A stretch of DNA of 64,000 nt from Trichoplax sp. H2 (lineage: Eukaryota), in contig NOWV01000103.1 of the NCBI GenBank assembly GCA_003344405.1, positions 124,001 to 188,000 on the forward strand. Reading direction: 5' to 3'. The position numbers and the translations under genes are program-made. Shown piece by piece: positions 26,101 to 40,096 of this stretch. The notes below the pieces were generated by a model. It was not told the DNA's origin and did not search any database. It saw nothing but the letters and a program-made list of their open reading frames with translations. Every line of letters starts with the position of its first letter. The first letter of the stretch is position 1.

Positions 26101-29100
26101 GAAAATTGTAATCGAGTCCGCCGATCAACAGCTTATTGAATAAATGTTCTACGTCAGTTAGGCTAAAATAAAGGGTTATCGTAAATTGCTGCCGTTGCTA
26201 GTGTAACTGCCTGACATTTTACGGTACTCATTCCAATTTTTAAAACTAAAATTCGATATCTATTTTATCCTTATAAGTAGATACTACTTAATGTAATATC
26301 GATAGTTTTGAAATAAATCCGGTTTTCAAGTGCAGGCATCGGTAGTTTGTTGAAGTATGAAAATAGACTGTAGTACTACAGTATGTTGTAGTCGCTATAT
26401 GAATTTTAAAAGTTGTTTTTGAGGTGGATAAGGGATGGTGAATTGATTGCACATTTGATATTAGAAATGCGAATGAAGTTTAGGTTTTATAGAGATCTAT
26501 TATATCGCTCTTACTATTGTATTGTTGATAATTAATTTATCACCCTGTTTTATATTTCGTTATCATTACTCTATACCTATAGTTGAAGGCTTTAACATGT
26601 ATTAAATTTACAAGACATATCATTTATACTTTCTTAGCTTACTGATTTAAAGATTAACAAGACGTATTACTACCAAGCATCTGCAGACGGTTGCTCAAGC
26701 TCTGTGTATAATTTTACTACACAAAAGAAGCCACAAAGATATGGCGTAAGTTACTTATTATTTACCTAAAGTCTATTCTAGTTATATAACTATGATAATA
26801 ATAAATTTTTAAATTATCATATCCTGCTGAATATGATATAGATGATTAATTTTGTAATTTAAAATGTTTCATAAGCTTGACACCGTTAATTTAAATATTA
26901 CTAACTACACTGCTTCAAGAATAGAGCATATTTAAATTTGTTCGTGTTGAATACGGCTAAATTACAATATTATGTAGGATTGGATAAAGAGTGAATGGCT
27001 TATCTTGATATTTAATGTTATAAGTTGAAAACACATTAGCATCATCCAAATAGTAAATCTTGCTCCTATCAAATAGCATTAATAATAACCTATGATAGAA
27101 TACCTTTCAACTATAAACTATGAAATATAGGTTTTATTACTATAAATCAATTGGAACAGTATCATAAACACTCGCCGAACAATGTATATTGCAAATTTAT
27201 TAGAAGTTAAATTTCTAATTTACTTAATTTAATTATTTTTCCTCATTAATTATAAATATAACGTACGGTTTTATTTGATATAGTAGTTTTATCAGTTCTT
27301 AATACGGCTTTGTAAACAATATGTGTAACAATTATCAGGTCTACGGCGATTTTGGACTGAAAAATGATGTTAGTTTCAACCAGTTAGTTACGGAAATGCA
27401 AGAAAGACAGTTCGATATGTTTCTACATGTTGGGGGTAAGACAATTGATTTCATTTTTAATCAACTTTATTATAGGCTAATATGCTAATTTTATGACTTA
27501 TCTGCTCCTCTCTTTTCATTATACTATATGCTTGGTTTTTATCGAATATGGATATTCTTCAATAATTGTAAGATATCGCGTATGATTTACATGACGATTA
27601 TGGCAGAACGGGAGATAAGTTAGTTGATCTACAGTATAATAAAATTATCATTATTACACAAGCTTGAAATATAAACTAGTCATTTCGCTATTAAGTTATT
27701 AGATCATCATTAATTGCTGTTTGTTAATATGATTTAATAGATTTCTTAGAATGATTCAACCTTTAACCACAACAACACCTTACATGGTCTTACCCGGTAA
27801 TCATGAGGTAAAATGAATTTTATTTGCTGATTTATGATTAATCTATCACCGATATAAATAGTATGACTAGAAGGTTATAATTATTGTGACTTATGCATAT
27901 CTTTTACTATCTACTTAGCATTATAGCAATTTCTCTCAATACCAAAATCGTTATGCCGGTATGGCAGCTGGCGTTGGTATCAACAGTGGTAGCAATACAA
28001 ACTTATGGTGAGTCATTTCATTTAAATTTTATCCACCACTTAAATGATGACTAAAATCATCTACAAGATGGAATAGACATTTATCTATAAATAGTTAGAA
28101 CAGATTGATAGAACATTATTATATTCATGACTGATCGAAATTAAAAGACAAACATAAATTACTACTTATAATACATAGTTACTAATTATTTGGAATAAAA
28201 GCATCACTTCATTTACGAAAGTGTTTTTCAACCTCATAATATTAGTGCAAAGTTTTTTATTTTTATTTTCGTTCTATTATAGATTTAATTTAAAATTAGA
28301 TGACCTATCGCATTTAGACTCTAAAATATCGCTTATATTATTTATTTAGAAAAAATTTTTAATGCTTTAACTTTGGTGGAAAGTTAATTACCATTATTTT
28401 ATTTAAAATCTATCAGCTTAATGATTCTGATATAACTACAATATGCATATTAAGAGGCTGCTCATATATATTTTATCTACTGTTTATGAACTGCTGGTAA
28501 ACAAAATATAAAGTACAAAAAATCTTAAATTCTTTGTATGGGCTCATGAATAAGTAAATTTAACTCAAATACATTAATAAGGTCATCGTTACGTCGAAAG
28601 GGCGTAAATAAATAATTTGGAAATATTTTTAAATGATCTATGTACCTATTTCTAACGTAATTATTATTAATATCTAAATAATTGGCTCATGATTATATAC
28701 AATTATGTGGATAAGCTTTATTATTAAGTTATTAGTTGAGAATATTATCCTGTTTTACTCTATGCATACGCGTATTGAAGATTGAATTCAATGAGATACT
28801 TAAAATATGCTCTACCAAATTTCACTATAGTCTCTTTTCATGGAGTAATAATTATTTAATGAAGGTCAACGGTACTACTAATTTATTATTTACGGATTGA
28901 AATATTATAAATTTTTTATATATTTATCATTCAAATGCTACAGGTATAGCTTTGACCAGGATAACATCCACTTTGTTGCGATCGATACGGAAGTTTACGC
29001 GTACTATTCGGATCCGGTACTGATTTCCTACTCTATTATCGCATAATAACTTAACTCGGCTTATGTAGTGAAACTATATTTCCATCTCTGACTTTAATAA

Positions 29101-30479
29101 AATCAATAGGTACAAATTGAACGCCAAATAGAATGGCTAGCCAAAGATTTAAAGAAGGTAAAGAAAATAGCATAGTAAAGTAAATAATTCATATAGTTTG
29201 CTGTTGGTATTGTTGAACTTTGTAAATTAAGTTGAAAATAAATGAATAGGATTTAATTTGAAGAGTTATGGTTATCACACAGTAACAATATTCATGATTT
29301 TTTTACAGGCCAATGAGAATCGTGATAAAACTCCATGGATCATTATGTTGGCCCATAAGGTAATTAATTAGCAATTACGATAATTTTGTAGTTTGAAATT
29401 TATTAAGAACTTGTAACGTTATTAGTAGCTGGCAATGTAAGAACTTATTACCAACTTTATTATCCTTGTCAATTTCCAATGTAATATTTGTTAGGCATGG
29501 TGGATGGATCGCACAGATTTCTCGAAATTCTCTCCATTGCTGCATAAATACGGAGTCGACTTATTTATCTGTGGACATCAGCACAATTATCAACGTCTTT
29601 ATCCAAGTAAGTCTATCTTTAGGATTTATGTGTACATTTAATTCGAATTAATCCATATTTTCTTTTGACGTAACTGATTTTCTTTTTTCACTAATTTATG
29701 TCGTAGCTTATATGGATGAAATAGATCATCAAGCCGATAAAAATCGCTTTGTTAATCCGAAATTCGCAACAGTTCTTGTTGTTGGTTCTCCTGGAAACCG
29801 TGAACGAATCTCACACGGCAAAGCACCAGATGATACGACGGTTTTCACAGATTTAGCTTATGGGTAATTAGAAATGAGTTTGTAGAAACAGTTTGCAATT
29901 ATCTCTATGAAAGTTGATTACTATATATTGTTCAGAGGTTGTAGTGGATGATCGTTTCTGAATATTTCGCATACCAATACCGTAATTAGAATGAATTCTA
30001 ATGCTTGCAGTACGATCGTTGATGATAAATGATCAACATATTTGACGTCAAATTAAACATTTTTAAGCATTCGTATTGCTATTGCATATTAGCAAAGACA
30101 CAGTCGGAAGAATTCTAAAATACTTGCCGGGTATACTGTATTCCTCACATTCACTTATTATCTCTTATAATTTGCACGTATATTCGGTTTAATATTTGTT
30201 GTATATTTTCTGTATAATATACAGTTACCATGAACCATTAATGATTCACCGCTTTATAAAGAAATAATTTATAGATTAAGATAGGTGTTGATATTAATGT
30301 ACTGATTCTTTCCATAATTTATTTTTATTTCGGAAAGATATGGTCATATGTTCGTTTACAATAATACTCACTTGCATTGGAAATGGGAATTAACCGGATC
30401 AGAATCTCTAAAGACTAATAAAGCAAAGGTGCTCGACGAGATGTGGCTAATTCAGGAAAAACATGGAATGAGGAATTAA
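23157..30479 (+). CDS. ACP7: Secreted or signal-anchored purple acid phosphatase (ACP7/PAPL-like); exons 23157-23516, 26638-26745, 27339-27435, 27573-27618, 27741-27807, 27919-28007, 28944-29016, 29110-29157, 29309-29359, 29495-29606, 29707-29863, 30338-30479
   Basis: Hydrophobic N-terminus and PEQIHLS. All five PAP metal-ligand motifs are present: YGDFG, GDIAY, GNHE, LAHK, GHQHNYQR. Also LWYSFD, QIEWLAKDLKKAN, TPWII and YGYGHM. Confidence 0.92.
24633..24768. repeat. 66-bp tandem duplication in ACP7 intron 1
   Basis: ctacgtgtatgcaga...atctacatcgcattaaat..cgtacttgattagtcttctt occurs twice in tandem. Confidence 0.9.
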
Positions 30480-31064
30480 TCCGATAGGAAATAGTGATTT
30501 ATTCGTTGGCAATTAAATATTATTTTGATTGAACTAGTTTTTGCATTAATCCGTTTTAAAAACTTCTATTTCTTTAAAAACTATCTGTAGAGTATTGAAT
30601 GAATATCATCCCTTTAGCAATACGTAAAAGTAGTTACTACTTAAAAGTAAACGCATGCTTTCCCGGCAATTCAATCTAATTAAATTTTCCTATGCAGTAA
30701 TATCACGATGTATTTTTCTTACGGGAATAATTCTGGCGATAAACTAGATACAAAGTACACATTTTAAATTTTTGTATTTTGATTGTAAGATAGATTCAGC
30801 AGATAGTAGCAAAATCAAGTCTTGTTATCTCATTACAGGTACTTAAAATTTTTAAATGATGCACTTTATGAAAATGAAATTTTAAGATATTAAAGCTTAA
30901 AAAATAGTTTCTATTAATGTTCTGCACATGTACTATGCAAAGAAAACTCAACTAGCACAAAGTGAGACATGATCTTCTACAATTTGCTTTCTTAATCATT
31001 GCATCCTCATCGTAGCCTGCTATTCCCAATTATAAGCTGCAATTGCGTTACAAAACGATCGTAC

Positions 31065-31112
31065 CTTTGTAAATTGAATTTCAGGTTTTGGGTTAAAAGT
31101 TGGTTCCGCCAT
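31065..31112 (-). pseudogene. Orphan ALDH exon 1 ([16 protein letters not shown]) with donor site and upstream region but no downstream exons
   Basis: Encodes the same peptide as 40049-40096. Homology to that locus stops ~140 bp into intron 1 (~30925). No exon 2 (IFINNEW) is visible before the ACP7 3' end. Confidence 0.8.
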
Positions 31113-32584
31113 AGTCTTGCTTTCGCCTCTTAGTCTTTATCCTACAATTTTTATGTAGTCTTGTTTGGTTACTTGCTGTCCTAAATACCTTTTTCGATAG
31201 CCAACGCTGATTCTGCTCAGTGTTCTGGCCATTACTCCATATATTTTGAAATCAACATAGCTGTTTGCAGTGTAGTCTATAATTAAGTTTCAGAGAGATG
31301 AAAGTTTTTCATTTCTCTATGGTGTTGACCGAGGTCATTATTTGTTAACTTCGATGGCCAGACCTGACTGGATCGTTAACTTAAAGTGAAATATTGAGCA
31401 GTTCCAGATGCAGTCTCAATAAATCTACTTGACCGTCCGTCGGATATATAGCATAATCCCTCAGGGTAAAACTTGCTACACTCGGCATTCGAGTTGGGTA
31501 GATCTAATTCCTTTCTTCCGTAAATGTCGTTGAAACGACAGTTTTTGGTTAATCCTTGCTTGGTCTCTCATTTCATGGAGAAAATTTCAATAAAATGGCT
31601 TACAATAACCGGCGTACCTAAAGGATTTACTATGGCATTGTAATTCATTTCTATCAAGAATACAGTTTCTGCCGGTTGCTCTACTGGCTGAATAGGAATT
31701 ACCATAGCATCCAAATATCTGTGGTAGGCTGGGTAGAAGGCGTTCCATTACAATTATTGATTCAAATGTTGGACCAGGCTATAAAATTAAACATTTCAGC
31801 GATACTTAGGGAACGAAACGATATCATATCTGATAAGTCCTACTCGCCATGCATTAAATCATAAAAATGGCTTGCATAAGAGCAATCGTGGAATCTTGCC
31901 ATAAATTGTAATTATCGTAGCAAATGGCTAGAAAGGAAAAAATTATAATCAAGAGCTTCGCTAACGTCAATCGGGTGAGATTATATTTTCAGTTAAAATG
32001 AATAACCCGATGTAACGAAACCTGTTCTGCGAAATCGATTCGATGTATAAATCCCGCAAAGAATTTTATAACAGGAAAAATTTCTTATAACAATAGACAT
32101 TAGAAAATACTTTGCAGAAATAGTCTAGCAGCTTCAATTGCAACTCTAACATGAGTATTGCCAAATAACATCACTTGAACTGACAGAACTTAATATGCAA
32201 ACGAAATTCTGCTGACAACATACCTGAATGATCAAAAACATTACTTATACTCGAATATAATTGTCAACTGTCTTTAGATTTGGCATTACTTTTAAGTTCG
32301 ATCTAATTTACTTCTACATAACATGTTGACAACGATAACTTATCCAACGACTTTACTACACCCGAGCTCTATGATTGCAAGTCATATCATCGTAATATTC
32401 TGTCCTCCGCATGCATTAAGCATAACATGACTAGTAGATTCAGAATATGATCTGATTTGGAACGGTCTAAACATGGGCTTTTCAACTCCGTGCATTCTGC
32501 ATCAGTCTAATAGCTGGAAAAAAAAATAATCTGCGGTAGATTCTGCAAATACGTACATTGCCATCGGGTCTAGATTTATTAACC

Positions 32585-32935
32585 CGGGTTTCTCTTACTG
32601 TTAGAAAAGAATAATCCCAAATTTTACTATTGCAAATCAGAACTTCATTATGCCCTGCACTCAGTATTGCTTAACCACAAAAATATCGTGAAAGCTTATA
32701 GTCAAGAAGTATCGCAAATCCAGCGTGGATTTTATCCTGACTTACAAAAGAGTAATCCGAAGTTTCTATACGCGTAAATCGGGTCGTCGTTATGTCTTGC
32801 ACTCGGTATTGATCAACCACAATAATATCTAGAATGGAATACTGTATGGCTAGGAAATATCATAAATTAGGCAAGGATTTTACCCTCGTCTGGAAGAGAA
32901 CAAATCTCGAGTTTTACTACTGCAAATCAGTTGGG
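32585..32935. repeat. Degenerate ~141-bp tandem repeat (~2.5 units) in the ALDH spacer; homologous copy at ~40855-41140
   Basis: tgcactc(a/g)gtattg..aaccacaa.aatatc at ~32657 and ~32798; ttttacta.tgcaaatcag recurs. Confidence 0.7.
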
Positions 32936-34064
32936 AGTTTTTCTAGTCCCTGTCGGCAACAAACCTACAGAAACCATAAATAATGCTCAGTTCCTTTCTT
33001 GCTATATGACTCTTACTAGGTTGCGTCGGTAAAGTAAAGCAAAGTAAGTACTGAAGAATGACGGTGAGGGGATAAAATGGGATAATTATTAAACAGTATT
33101 CATACTTACTCTATTAGCTATACTGTTAGCGTAAAAACTACCTAACTGTAGCGAACTTGACCAAGCCATATTTACAAAGTAAATGGTACTGTATCGTTAA
33201 TTGGCAGTAGAGTCCAAATTGCAGGGACTCTAGCGGGTAGAATGAAGTTGAATTTGATGGTAAGCTACAGTAAATAAGAATTAATTGACTAAACAAACAT
33301 CGTAGATAGCACATTAGATACTAAGAGAGAAGCTTTCTTTCAATGATCTTGTGTCCTTTAGCTCTCCATTAGCAAACGTTACCATAAATAAAAATATACC
33401 ACTGGAGTTCATTAACTGCTATAGAGTACCAGTAAAAAGTCTTACGCCTTTTCCCATCAAAAGTTAACAGAAAAATGGTGACATGCTGAAGACAGTACGT
33501 AAGTAGTTGGTAGAGAGCTAAAAGCAACTATAAGCCATCGAAAAATTGACCAATATGCTCACAGTACAGTATAATGAATATCGCAAACTTATGTATATAC
33601 GAGTATACTAAGTATTGTTTGCTACTTAGATTTAATATGCAATGAAAGGTTTAGCTGTAGATGAAAAAAAAATTGACTACGTGTATTGCAATCGCCGTAC
33701 ATGAGACAATACAATGAATTGGTTCTATTTTTGTTAAAAATTTTAATTAGTATTTCGGCGTAGGGCTACGTACCGGTACAATAATAGTAGTAAGGATAAA
33801 ATTTTGTTAAGAGATTAGTTTTATTGTAGTATAGTAGTATTTATGTAATGATTCTAACTATGAGAAAAGGTGTATCTAAAATGATACATGTTGTATTGCT
33901 TAGCGAAGTAAAGGTACTGTATATGCGTACCATAGACAAGCATACAGTGCAAATGGTGGACTGTACTTACAACATAGAATCGAATAGTAAAATAATATGT
34001 AGTAAGTGTAGAGATAGCTTTTACTATTGATGATGTGAATGATAATTTCCCTAAAAATCAGTCT

Positions 34065-37000
34065 TTACTTAGCGGCATTCGAATCAAGAGCGACGGTAAC
34101 AGTTTTCACTTCGGTGTAATGTTCCAAAGCATAGGGGCCCCTATTAAAAGAAATTTTTCTACTTAGCGCTATTAAACATCATATTTGATCAGATCGAATT
34201 TATCGTTTAAAGTATAGCTATGATCTGCAGATATTTTCCAGTGTGTAATCACATATGTAAATAAATATTAATTTACAATCTATAGTGGTAACTAGAATTA
34301 CTGTATTAGCAATATGTATAAGAGCTAACCATAGTAATATAAATTTATAGCAAAGTTAAGACAAATGATGGTGTAGATATTCTGCAGCATGTAACTACAT
34401 ACGTAATTTCAAATTTATTATTCATAATGTAGCTACGATAAATAATTAAATTAAGGATTGCATGTTTCGTGATATATGATTGTATATACGCGTACATGTG
34501 ATATATCATTGCAGATACTATTGTCTAATAAACATCTCCAATACTTCTATCTCAAGTAATAATTATGCTAAGAGCAAATACATTATATCACATTATATTT
34601 TGGATTAAAAAAATCTATATTGCGAATAGTTTACTTCCGTGTCGACAGACAATTTATACTACTTTATTTCATTGTTAATTCTTGATTTCAGGTATTGTTC
34701 TAACTTACAATTCTCTACCGATTCCAGACATTTTGTAACCACCAAATGGTGTTTGTGCAGTAACGTAGTCATACGTGTTTATCCTTAGCGAAAAAAAAGA
34801 CATTAGATTAGTTTTAAGGTAACTTTGATATATCCAGTACATAAATCTCTTAATATAAAATTAAATTGCTTGGTGTCTTACCAGACTGATCCAGCTCTTA
34901 TATGATTGGAAACATGTAATGCTCTCTTCATGTCCTTCGTATGGACTCCTGCTGCTAATCCGTATTGAGTGTCATTAGCTCTTTCGATAACTTCATCAAT
35001 GGTTGAAAACTTTAAAATTTGCATGACGGGTCCAAAGATCTATAGTAAGTAGAATATTCAATCTCGATAACAGACCTCACAAGATAATTAATTGGCTATT
35101 TGTCTACTCCTCAGACTTACTATTATACAGCTATTGAGTTAAAATAATATTGAGTCATCACTTATTAAAATACCTCTTCTCTAGCAATTCTCATATCATC
35201 TTTAACGTCAGCGAAAACGGTGGGTTCTACGAAAAAGCCTTGTGTACCAAAGCGCTTACCGCCGCATTTAAGGGTTGCCCCTTGTTCTTTTCCACTTTCA
35301 ATTAGACCCATAATTTTATTGAATTGTTCTTGATCGATCTTCAATGAATTTGGAACGAGTGGAAATTAATCGCAACACATTTATGTTATCGTTGATTATT
35401 AGAGTCTATCTGATTTAAAGTGATTACAGTAAAGTATAGAAAAAGTTATCCGTATCGTCAATGATTGTATAGTATTTCTTGTTATTTACTTAGTGTCAGT
35501 AGATATGCTGTTTAAAACGAGAATATTTTTATTGCATACCTGTGGTCCTTGTTGGACATTTGTAAATGGATCACCGACAACTCTCTTTTCGGCTAACGCT
35601 GCGCTCTTGGCTACAAATTCATCGTAGACGGTGTCTTGTACGTAGACTCGGGAGCCAGCACAGCAATTTTGACCATGGTTGGCAAATAAGCCCTCATGTG
35701 CATTTTTAACTGCTTCATCAACTATAATTGCGTATGTAATAGTTACCCAGTTAACATCGTTTTATAATAAAATAATTCTTCATTACAGTATGAGAATACG
35801 AATTGATAAAATTGTCTATTTCTTAACATACTGTCAGCGTCATCAAAAATGATATGTGGACTTTTTCCGCCTAATTCTAAGGTTACTTTCTTGAGATTAG
35901 TTTCGCCGGCAGCTGCCATAATAATTTTTCCTACTTCGGTAGAGCCAGTGAAAGCAACTTTATCAATTTCTGGATGTCTAGCAACTGCAGCACCAGCTGT
36001 AGGACCGTATCCTGGAACAACATTGACTACGCCAGGAGGGAAACCAGCCTAAATTTAAGTGAATCTAGATTAATAAATTTCATCTGTAGTATTTATCATT
36101 TTAAATGTAATTGTGGTGTCTTGATGTGATGAATATCAGTTATTACCTCGATAATTAAGCTACAGATATAAAGGACGGATAGAGGGGTTTGCTCTGCTGG
36201 TTTCATGACAATCGTATTACCGCAAGCAAGAGCTGGACCAAATTTCCATCCGGCCATTGCCATCGGATAATTCCACTAGTCAATAATTGTTAAGTTATGG
36301 CTATTTAGGGAATAGTTACCACTAGGAAATAATAGTATGTGATATTTGCAACGTTTCTGCTAACGTCATAGGATAACTTTTAATAATTAATAGTAGTAGA
36401 TTCGAAGCTATCTCTGAGAAAATAACTGTAGGAGATAATATATTCGTATGCTACGTATTAATAAAATTATCTTGCTTAGTATAGCATACATACGCGTATC
36501 AATATGAGCAGAAGGTATTAAAGTCTTTTAGTTTAATAAGTATATGGTACATTATAGCTGGATAATCCAACATCAAGTATAGTCAGCAATGGTAAATAGA
36601 CGAAACATTACATTTCAGCCTTACAGGAATGATTTGGCCGCAAACACCGATCGGCTCATGACGAGTATAACACATGAAGGCTCCATCTATGAATGATTAG
36701 GGGCAGATTTGTAGTTATGTTACGGGTTACAATAACTCAAGATAACAGATCAGACATAGTACGAATAGTTATATGAGAAATTACAAGCTAGTTAAAAAAC
36801 AGATGTATGACTTACCAATTGGAATGGTTTTACCATGAATCTTATCAGCCCATCCAGCGTAATATCTGAGGGTAATTTGCAAGTTACTCGATTGTTAAAG
36901 TATTTTTCACTATATCATGAAATACTTAATCAAAGCCTGTCGAATTGTTTTACCTTAACACATCAATAATTCCTTGACAATCTCCAAGATAAGCATCTTT

Positions 37001-37396
37001 AACTGGTTTGCCATTATCCAGTGTTTCTAACTCCTATGAGAATTTTACCAATTACGATAATAATATTTCATTGCCAAATGTAATTTGGAGTAGTAATTTC
37101 ATAGTAAGGTTATTGTTTAATCAAGCCGTTTATTATTGTATTATAACATAAGCTAGTTTGAATATTACAGGTATATGAGATACAAATACTGCATTTATCA
37201 GGAAAAAGTAAAGTCATAATCATGCAAAGAAAGTAATCGCTGGATTAAAACTTACAGCCAAGTATTTTCTGTCCCTATCGATTAGATCAGCTAATTTATT
37301 CATCAGTAATCCACGTTTTGATGCATTCATTGTTCTCCATGGACTTCCTTTCTTAAAGGCATCTTTAGCAGCTTTGACAGCGAGATCAACATCGGC
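34065..37396 (-). CDS. ALDH1/2-family aldehyde dehydrogenase, copy A1 (exon 3 to end; 5' end falls in the N gap); exons 37396-37256, 37033-36954, 36865-36816, 36686-36625, 36275-36147, 36048-35832, 35721-35540, 35338-35174, 35039-34882, 34783-34709, 34140-34065
   Basis: [58 protein letters not shown] (catalytic Glu), GQNCCAGSR (catalytic Cys), [23 protein letters not shown]. Confidence 0.92.
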
Positions 37397-37461
37397 CTAA
37401 ATTATTGGTACAAGTAATACAGGGATTAGTGTATTTACTAGTAATTATAGAGTATAAAATT

Positions 37462-37481
37462 NNNNNNNNNNNNNNNNNNNN
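37462..37481. other. Assembly gap (20 N)
   Basis: Run of N; the sequence after it restarts inside a duplicate of 35840 onward. Confidence 1.
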
Positions 37482-40096
37482 TCATCAAAAATGATATGTG
37501 GACTTTTTCCGCCTAATTCTAAGGTTACTTTCTTGAGATTAGTTTCGCCGGCAGCTGCCATAATAATTTTTCCTACTTCGGTAGAGCCAGTGAAAGCAAC
37601 TTTATCAATATCTGGATGTCTAGCAACTGCAGCACCAGCTGTAGGACCGTATCCTGGAACAACATTGACTACGCCAGGAGGGAAACCAGCCTAAATTTAA
37701 GTGAATCTAGATTAATAAATTTCATCTGTAGTATTTATCATTTTAAATGTAATTGTGGTGTCTTGATGTGATGAATATCAGTTATTACCTCGATAATTAA
37801 GCTACAGATATAAAGGACGGATAGAGGGGTTTGCTCTGCTGGTTTCATGACAATTGTATTACCGCAAGCAAGAGCTGGACCAAATTTCCATCCGGCCATT
37901 GCCATCGGATAATTCCACTAGTCAATAATTGTAAAGCTATGGCTATTTAGGAAATAGTAGCATATAATATTTGCAACGTTCCTGCTATCGCTATAAGGTA
38001 ATGTACACTAATTAATAGTAGTAGATTCGAAGCTATCTCTGAGAAAATAACCGCTGGGGAAAATATATGCTATTTACAGAATTATCTTGCTTAGCGTATC
38101 AATATGAGCAGAACGTATTAAAGTCTTGTAGTTTAATAAAGTGTACAGCAAATTATAGCTGGACAATCCAACATCAAGTATAGTCAGCAATGGTAAATAG
38201 ACGAAATATTACATTTCAGCCTTACAGGAATGATTTGGCCACAAACGCCAACCGGTTCATGGCGAGTATAACACATGAAGGCTCCATCTGTGAATGATTA
38301 TAATTAGAAGTACATTCGTAGTTATAATAACTCAAGACGATGGATAAGACAAAGTACGAATAGTTATATGAGAAATTACAAGCTAGTTAAAAAACAGATG
38401 TATGACTTACCAATTGGAATGGTTTTACCATGAATCTTATCAGCCCATCCAGCATAATATCTGAGGGTAATTTGCAAGTTACTCTTTTGTTGAACATTTT
38501 TCATTGTACAATATCGTGAAATGCTTAATTGAAGCCTATCAAATTATTTTACCTTAACACATTAATAATTCCTTGACAATCTCCAAGATAAGCATTTCTG
38601 ACTGGTTTGCCATTATCCAGTGTTTCTAACTCCTATGAGAATTTTACCAATTACGATAATAATATTTCATTGCCAAATGTAATTTGGAGTAGTAATTTCA
38701 TAGTAAGGTTATTGTTTAATCAAGCCGTTTATTATTGTATTATAACATAAGCTAGTTTGAATATTACAGGTATATGAGATACAAATACTGCATTTATCAG
38801 GAAAAAGTAAAGTCATAATCATGCAAAGAAAGTAATCGCTGGATTAAAACTTACAGCCAAGTATTTTCTGTCCCTATCGATTAGATCAGCTAATTTATTC
38901 ATCAGTAATCCACGTTTCGATGCATTCATTGTTCTCCATGGACTTCCTTTCTTAAAGGCATCTTTAGCAGCTTTGACAGCGAGATCAACATCGGCCTGAA
39001 TTATTGGTACAAGTAATACAGAGATCAGTGTATTTACTAGTAATTATAGAGTATAAAATTCGGTTATTCCTGGACCTAATGCAATATTGTATTCTGTAAT
39101 AGCAGTCTTTATCATAGTACAGTATACATATTACAGTAATGCATATCATAGTATATCATATATCTTACATAGTCCTGTATGATATAATCAAATATAGATA
39201 GTACACTTTGCTTGATGTTTGTTATAGCAGGGTGCACAATATATAAATCGTTTATATTTTAAATTTCTTGCAAGATCTAGTTAAACCTATAAAATCTACA
39301 TGGTATTTACAAACCGCGTCTCCTTCAGCTACTTGACAAATGACTTCGCCATTTGTTGGATTAATAGTTGGAAAAGTCTTGCCACTGACGGCATCATGCC
39401 ATTCATTATTGATAAAAATCTACGGAGTAGAACATAGTGTCAATAGAAATATACGCCTAAAATTGAGTAAAAGCATTAAACAAGTCTCTCAACTGCAACT
39501 GCATCTCGTGCAGAGATGAGAAAAATTGAATTATATTATGCTACAACTCTTCGATCTTGTACAGCTACTATCTATCGTATCGTCATCGTAGCGTTATTCT
39601 TGCCAATCGAATGTAACGATGTCATTCGTAATATATAGGAAAACTCCGATAGTATAAAATGTAGAGATGATATTTACGTGTATTACATAACTACTTTTCA
39701 TCATCACATCTTCATCATAACCTTGTACCTCCGAAACAAATGGTACGACATTGTTATTGTAAAAGGAAAAACTTAGACAGTATAAAGCGTAGACATGATA
39801 CTCGTTGTTATATAACACAACTACTTTCTATCATAAAATCTTCATCATAGCCTTGTATTTCATAGTTGCATGCTTCAATCGACTTCGATTGCATGCCTAT
39901 AGAAAAACTCAGCTATGCATGTGCAGGAAAATTTACAGTCAACTAGCATAAAGTGAGACATGATTCTTCTACTTTCTTAATCATTGCATCCTTTCATAGA
40001 CTGTTATTCCCAATTATAAGCTACAATTGCGTCACAAAATGATCGTACCTTTGTAAATTGAATCTCAGGTTTTGGGTTAAATGTTGGTTCCGCCAT
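37482..40096 (-). CDS. ALDH1/2-family copy A2 (exons 1-8; 3' part falls in the gap); exons 40096-40049, 39419-39315, 38995-38855, 38632-38553, 38460-38411, 38287-38226, 37917-37789, 37690-37482 (partial)
   Basis: [37 protein letters not shown]. Near-identical to A1 over exons 3-8. Confidence 0.9.

Larger units (their letters stand above)
30925..34240. repeat. Segmental duplication, copy 1 (ALDH exon 1 + upstream spacer + last exon of the next gene); paired with ~39915-42419
   Basis: Collinear alignment by eye. Diverged in the distal part, near-identical from ~33700 onward. This copy has an extra ~850 bp (~31790-32645). Confidence 0.9.

Noticed and set aside
35849-36052. 67-aa plus-strand ORF ([11 protein letters not shown]...), repeated at 37491-37694
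   Set aside because: It is the antisense shadow of the [12 protein letters not shown] exon, not a gene.
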